Below are positions 61,236-64,000 of a DNA stretch of 64,000 nt, one piece after another. Position 1 is the first letter of the stretch; every line of letters begins with the position of its first letter. Source of the DNA: Candidatus Multivoradales bacterium (lineage in GTDB: Bacteria; Acidobacteriota; Thermoanaerobaculia; Multivoradales; JAHEKO01); NCBI GenBank assembly GCA_965223155.1, contig CBDCVR010000013.1, positions 672,001 through 736,000 of the forward strand. Direction: 5' to 3'. The notes beneath the pieces were generated by a model that had not been told where the DNA came from, made no database searches, and was given only the letters and a program-made list of their open reading frames with translations. Position numbers and translations under genes: made by a program.

Positions 61236-63380
61236 TCAAAGAAATTTCCGGGTACTCCGACGCTCGGCGAGCCAAAGAAGTGCCCACGCCACAAGGACGG
61301 CAAGAAAGAGCGGCCAGCGCGGCACCGGCCGCCAAAATCGGGACGGCTGGACCGCCTCGTCCTCGTCCCGCGGGCCCGCTTCTCCGCCCGGCCCGGCCAT
61401 GCCTCCGAGGACGGCTCCGGCACCCAGAGACCGAGCCCGCAGGCCCACCGCTCGGCTCTGGTCCAACCAGCCCCGGTGCCGGTCCGAAGGGGCTACCCAG
61501 AGCCACGCCTCGCCCGCCTCGGAGCCCGCCTCGGCATCGGTGGCATCGGAAGCATCGGTGGCATCGGCGGTCACTCGCAGCCGGTGCCAGCCGGCCTGCC
61601 TGGGCCAGAAGGTAAGCCGCCAGAGCAAGGGATCGGCCAGGTCTTGGACCACGGGCACCGGATAGGCTTCCTCGCCGGTTGCCACCGTCACTCGAGGCAG
61701 AGTCCCGGCGCCGGCGACTCGAGCTGCTAGAGCCCCCCGCAACGTCAGCTCGACTTGAGTCGGTCGGCCGACCAGGACAGGAGCGGCCGGCATCGACCAG
61801 GCGAGTAGTTCCGGGTTTCGCGCCACCTCGTTCAGGACCCGGTTCCAGAACGCCCGGTACGCCGCGCGCTCGCCCGCTAAGGTCCACCGGTAGAGGTCCT
61901 CCAGGACGGTGACCGCCAGCCGGCCGCGCCCCCACGGCCGGACCGCGGCCACCACTCGCCCGGCCTGATCCCGAGCCAGCGGACCCAAGCTGAAACCCAA
62001 CCCCGACGCTTCATCCGCGTCCGAACCCAAGACGAGCTCCAGCGGAGGCACCTCGAGCGGCGGCAATGGCTCGACGCCGGGCCAGGCAAGGCGAGCCGTG
62101 AGCGTCTCGTCGGCTACCGCCCTCCGCACCGCGGACCCGAGAAGCGGATCCAGGCCGGCAGCGGCGCTTCGGCCCCGGACCGCGTGGAGCCACACTCCGA
62201 CACCGTCGGCGCGAACCGCCTCCCGGAGCGTCTGCCGGCCGGAGGCTCCCAGAGCCGCCAGGGATCTCGGGTCCACGACCACCAGATCGAAAGACGCCAG
62301 GCCGGCCCGGTTCAGGCGCACCGGAGTCGCCGGAGCCAGGTTCACCAGCTCGGTCCGGTACCGTCCCAGGCTCACTCGCGAGCGCACCACCATCTCGAAG
62401 CCGGCGTCGCCGAGCCAGTTCTTGAGATGCCGGGCCTCGAAGCCGGGCGCCTCCTGGAGCCAGAGCACCCGGCGGCGCGAGGCCGCTTGGACCACGACTC
62501 CAAAGGGCTCTTCGACCAGTCTCCGGCCGTTCCGATCCTCCACCCGCACGCGGTAGACGTAGCGGCCCACGCGCTTGGTAGGAATCGAGACCGTCACGTC
62601 GCCGAGCTCGGAGTCAGCCTCTTGCGGCGCGCTTGCCTCAGCATCCAGGTCGATCCGGGCCTCCTCGCCTCCTGGACCGGCGACCGTAACGGCGCCCAGG
62701 TCCCGCCGCGGCTCGAGCTGGATCCGAAGGGCTATCGCCTCGCCCAGCGTCACCCGGCGCGGGACCGTCAGCGCTCGCACCACCGGCCGCTCTCCGGCCG
62801 GCACGGGTTCATGCTCGACGGTGACCCCGGCCAGGCGCTCCAGATCCCACGGATCGAGGCCGGAGCCGTACACGCGCACCGCCACCAGGTCCGGCCGTTC
62901 TCGCGCCAAGAATCCGGTATCGGCGATCCGCCGTACCGACTCTGCCACCGTCCTCGCGCCCTCGGAGTCCGAGCGCGGCTTCTCATCTTGGCCGTCGCGG
63001 CCATCGCCGGGGTCGCTCGGATCCCGGGGGGCTGGTGCTCCCGCCAGGACGAAGGTGTTGCCGGCTCCAAACCGATCCACTGCCTCGTTCCGTTGCTGGC
63101 TCGAGGCTCGGTCGGTCAACAGCGCGCCGCCGCCCGCCGGGCGCTTCCCGGGTACGCGAGGCTCGACCGCGAGGAGCCAAAGACCGGCCGCCAGCACCGC
63201 CCAGAGCGCCCGACGCCAGACCGGAAGGCGCCTCCGCGCTTCGGCGCGCCAAACCAGGACCAAGAGCACGATCAAGGCCGCCGCCAGGCCGGCCGCGAAG
63301 AGCGGCGGCACCCCCAGCCAGCTGCCACCATCGACCGCTCCCGGCAACTCCAGCAAGCCCGTCAAACCATCGCGGTTCAC
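61236..63380 (-). CDS. Membrane-anchored hypothetical protein (type found in MoxR/BatA/DUF4175 operons)
   Basis: N- and C-terminal TM; APGFEARHLKNWL, GRGRLAV..YRWTLAG..YRAFW, FWPRQAGWH, LLWLAERR. Confidence 0.72.
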   Translation of the reverse strand: MNRDGLTGLLELPGAVDGGSWLGVPPLFAAGLAAALIVLLVLVWRAEARRRLPVWRRALWAVLAAGLWLLAVEPRVPGKRPAGGGALLTDRASSQQRNEAVDRFGAGNTFVLAGAPAPRDPSDPGDGRDGQDEKPRSDSEGARTVAESVRRIADTGFLARERPDLVAVRVYGSGLDPWDLERLAGVTVEHEPVPAGERPVVRALTVPRRVTLGEAIALRIQLEPRRDLGAVTVAGPGGEEARIDLDAEASAPQEADSELGDVTVSIPTKRVGRYVYRVRVEDRNGRRLVEEPFGVVVQAASRRRVLWLQEAPGFEARHLKNWLGDAGFEMVVRSRVSLGRYRTELVNLAPATPVRLNRAGLASFDLVVVDPRSLAALGASGRQTLREAVRADGVGVWLHAVRGRSAAAGLDPLLGSAVRRAVADETLTARLAWPGVEPLPPLEVPPLELVLGSDADEASGLGFSLGPLARDQAGRVVAAVRPWGRGRLAVTVLEDLYRWTLAGERAAYRAFWNRVLNEVARNPELLAWSMPAAPVLVGRPTQVELTLRGALAARVAGAGTLPRVTVATGEEAYPVPVVQDLADPLLWRLTFWPRQAGWHRLRVTADATDASDATDAEAGSEAGEAWLWVAPSDRHRGWLDQSRAVGLRARSLGAGAVLGGMAGPGGEAGPRDEDEAVQPSRFWRPVPRWPLFLAVLVAWALLWLAERRSTRKFL

Positions 63381-64000
63381 TGGAGCTCCTCGGCGTAGGC
63401 ATCGAACAACGACGATCCCGTCCGACCCGCCGCCGGTGCCGGCTCTGCCTCGGGCAGGCGCCGCCAGAGCGCCGCCAGCACGGCCTCGATCTCGACGGCC
63501 GGCACGGTCTCGCCCGCCGCCGCCTGGGCGGTCTCCCGCGCCAGCATCTCGAGCAGGGCAAGCTCGTCGTCGCCTCCTCCGCTGGCCGTGGCTCCCGCTC
63601 CCGCCCCCTGGGTGTCTGAGCCAGCTGAGTTACTTGAGCCTGAGCCGGCACCCGGCCGGGCACGCGACAGGCCCCCGGTCTCGGACTCGGCCAGGATGGA
63701 GCGCGCCAGCAGACGCCGAGCCCGGTCCAGGGTCCCGGCGAGCTTGTCACCGGAGCGCGCCCGAGCCGGTTCCGCCGAATACTCCGACAGGGAGTCGAAG
63801 ATCTCGCTCAGCTCGACCGAGTCCCGCCGCGCGGCACGGCGGCGCACCCGCGTGCTGCCGATTCGGTCCAACTCACCGGAGAGCCTACGCCCGGCCGGAT
63901 CCAGCGGCGGCGCCTCGAAGCCCACCTTCTGCACGTAGATCCGCGAGCGCTCCTGGGCTTGTTTCAACAGATACAAGGCCCGGTACTCCGACGGCAAAGC
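63377..64000 (-). CDS. C-terminal part of a DUF4175-like protein (runs off window end)
   Basis: LPSEYRALYLLKQAQERSRIYVQKVGFEAPPLD..RRLSGEL; 4-bp overlap with the downstream gene. Confidence 0.6.
   Translation of the reverse strand, partial: ALPSEYRALYLLKQAQERSRIYVQKVGFEAPPLDPAGRRLSGELDRIGSTRVRRRAARRDSVELSEIFDSLSEYSAEPARARSGDKLAGTLDRARRLLARSILAESETGGLSRARPGAGSGSSNSAGSDTQGAGAGATASGGGDDELALLEMLARETAQAAAGETVPAVEIEAVLAALWRRLPEAEPAPAAGRTGSSLFDAYAEELQ

Overview
High-GC bacterial chromosomal window. The gene order lysS-lolC/E-lolD-clpC-bamA and the protein styles suggest Acidobacteriota, which is an inference. Most of it is housekeeping or metabolic: envelope biogenesis, purine salvage, an acyl-CoA synthetase, an A1-type cytochrome c oxidase operon, split 5-oxoprolinase/hydantoinase with an NRAMP-fold transporter, rpiB, murJ, yaaA-sirtuin-5'-nucleotidase-SDR, pepE, ilvE and a BlaI/M56 pair. 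The accessory part is an integrase-less island of about 12 kb (~26.2-38.1 kb) right after tRNA-Thr(CGT). It holds an M1 peptidase, a doubly frameshifted HNH pseudogene bracketed by two near-identical 177-bp palindrome-rich direct repeats plus a 101-bp inverted-repeat element, an internally duplicated 1367-aa membrane protein, a secreted protein with 18 mature Cys, and an Xre-type antitoxin whose RES toxin is truncated. Other points of interest are 11-bp-period tandem arrays in three divergent intergenic regions, Cys-rich proteins flanking the oxidase operon, and a Cys-less radical-SAM-like/PolX-HhH fusion. All family assignments come from motif recognition by eye; no searches were run.
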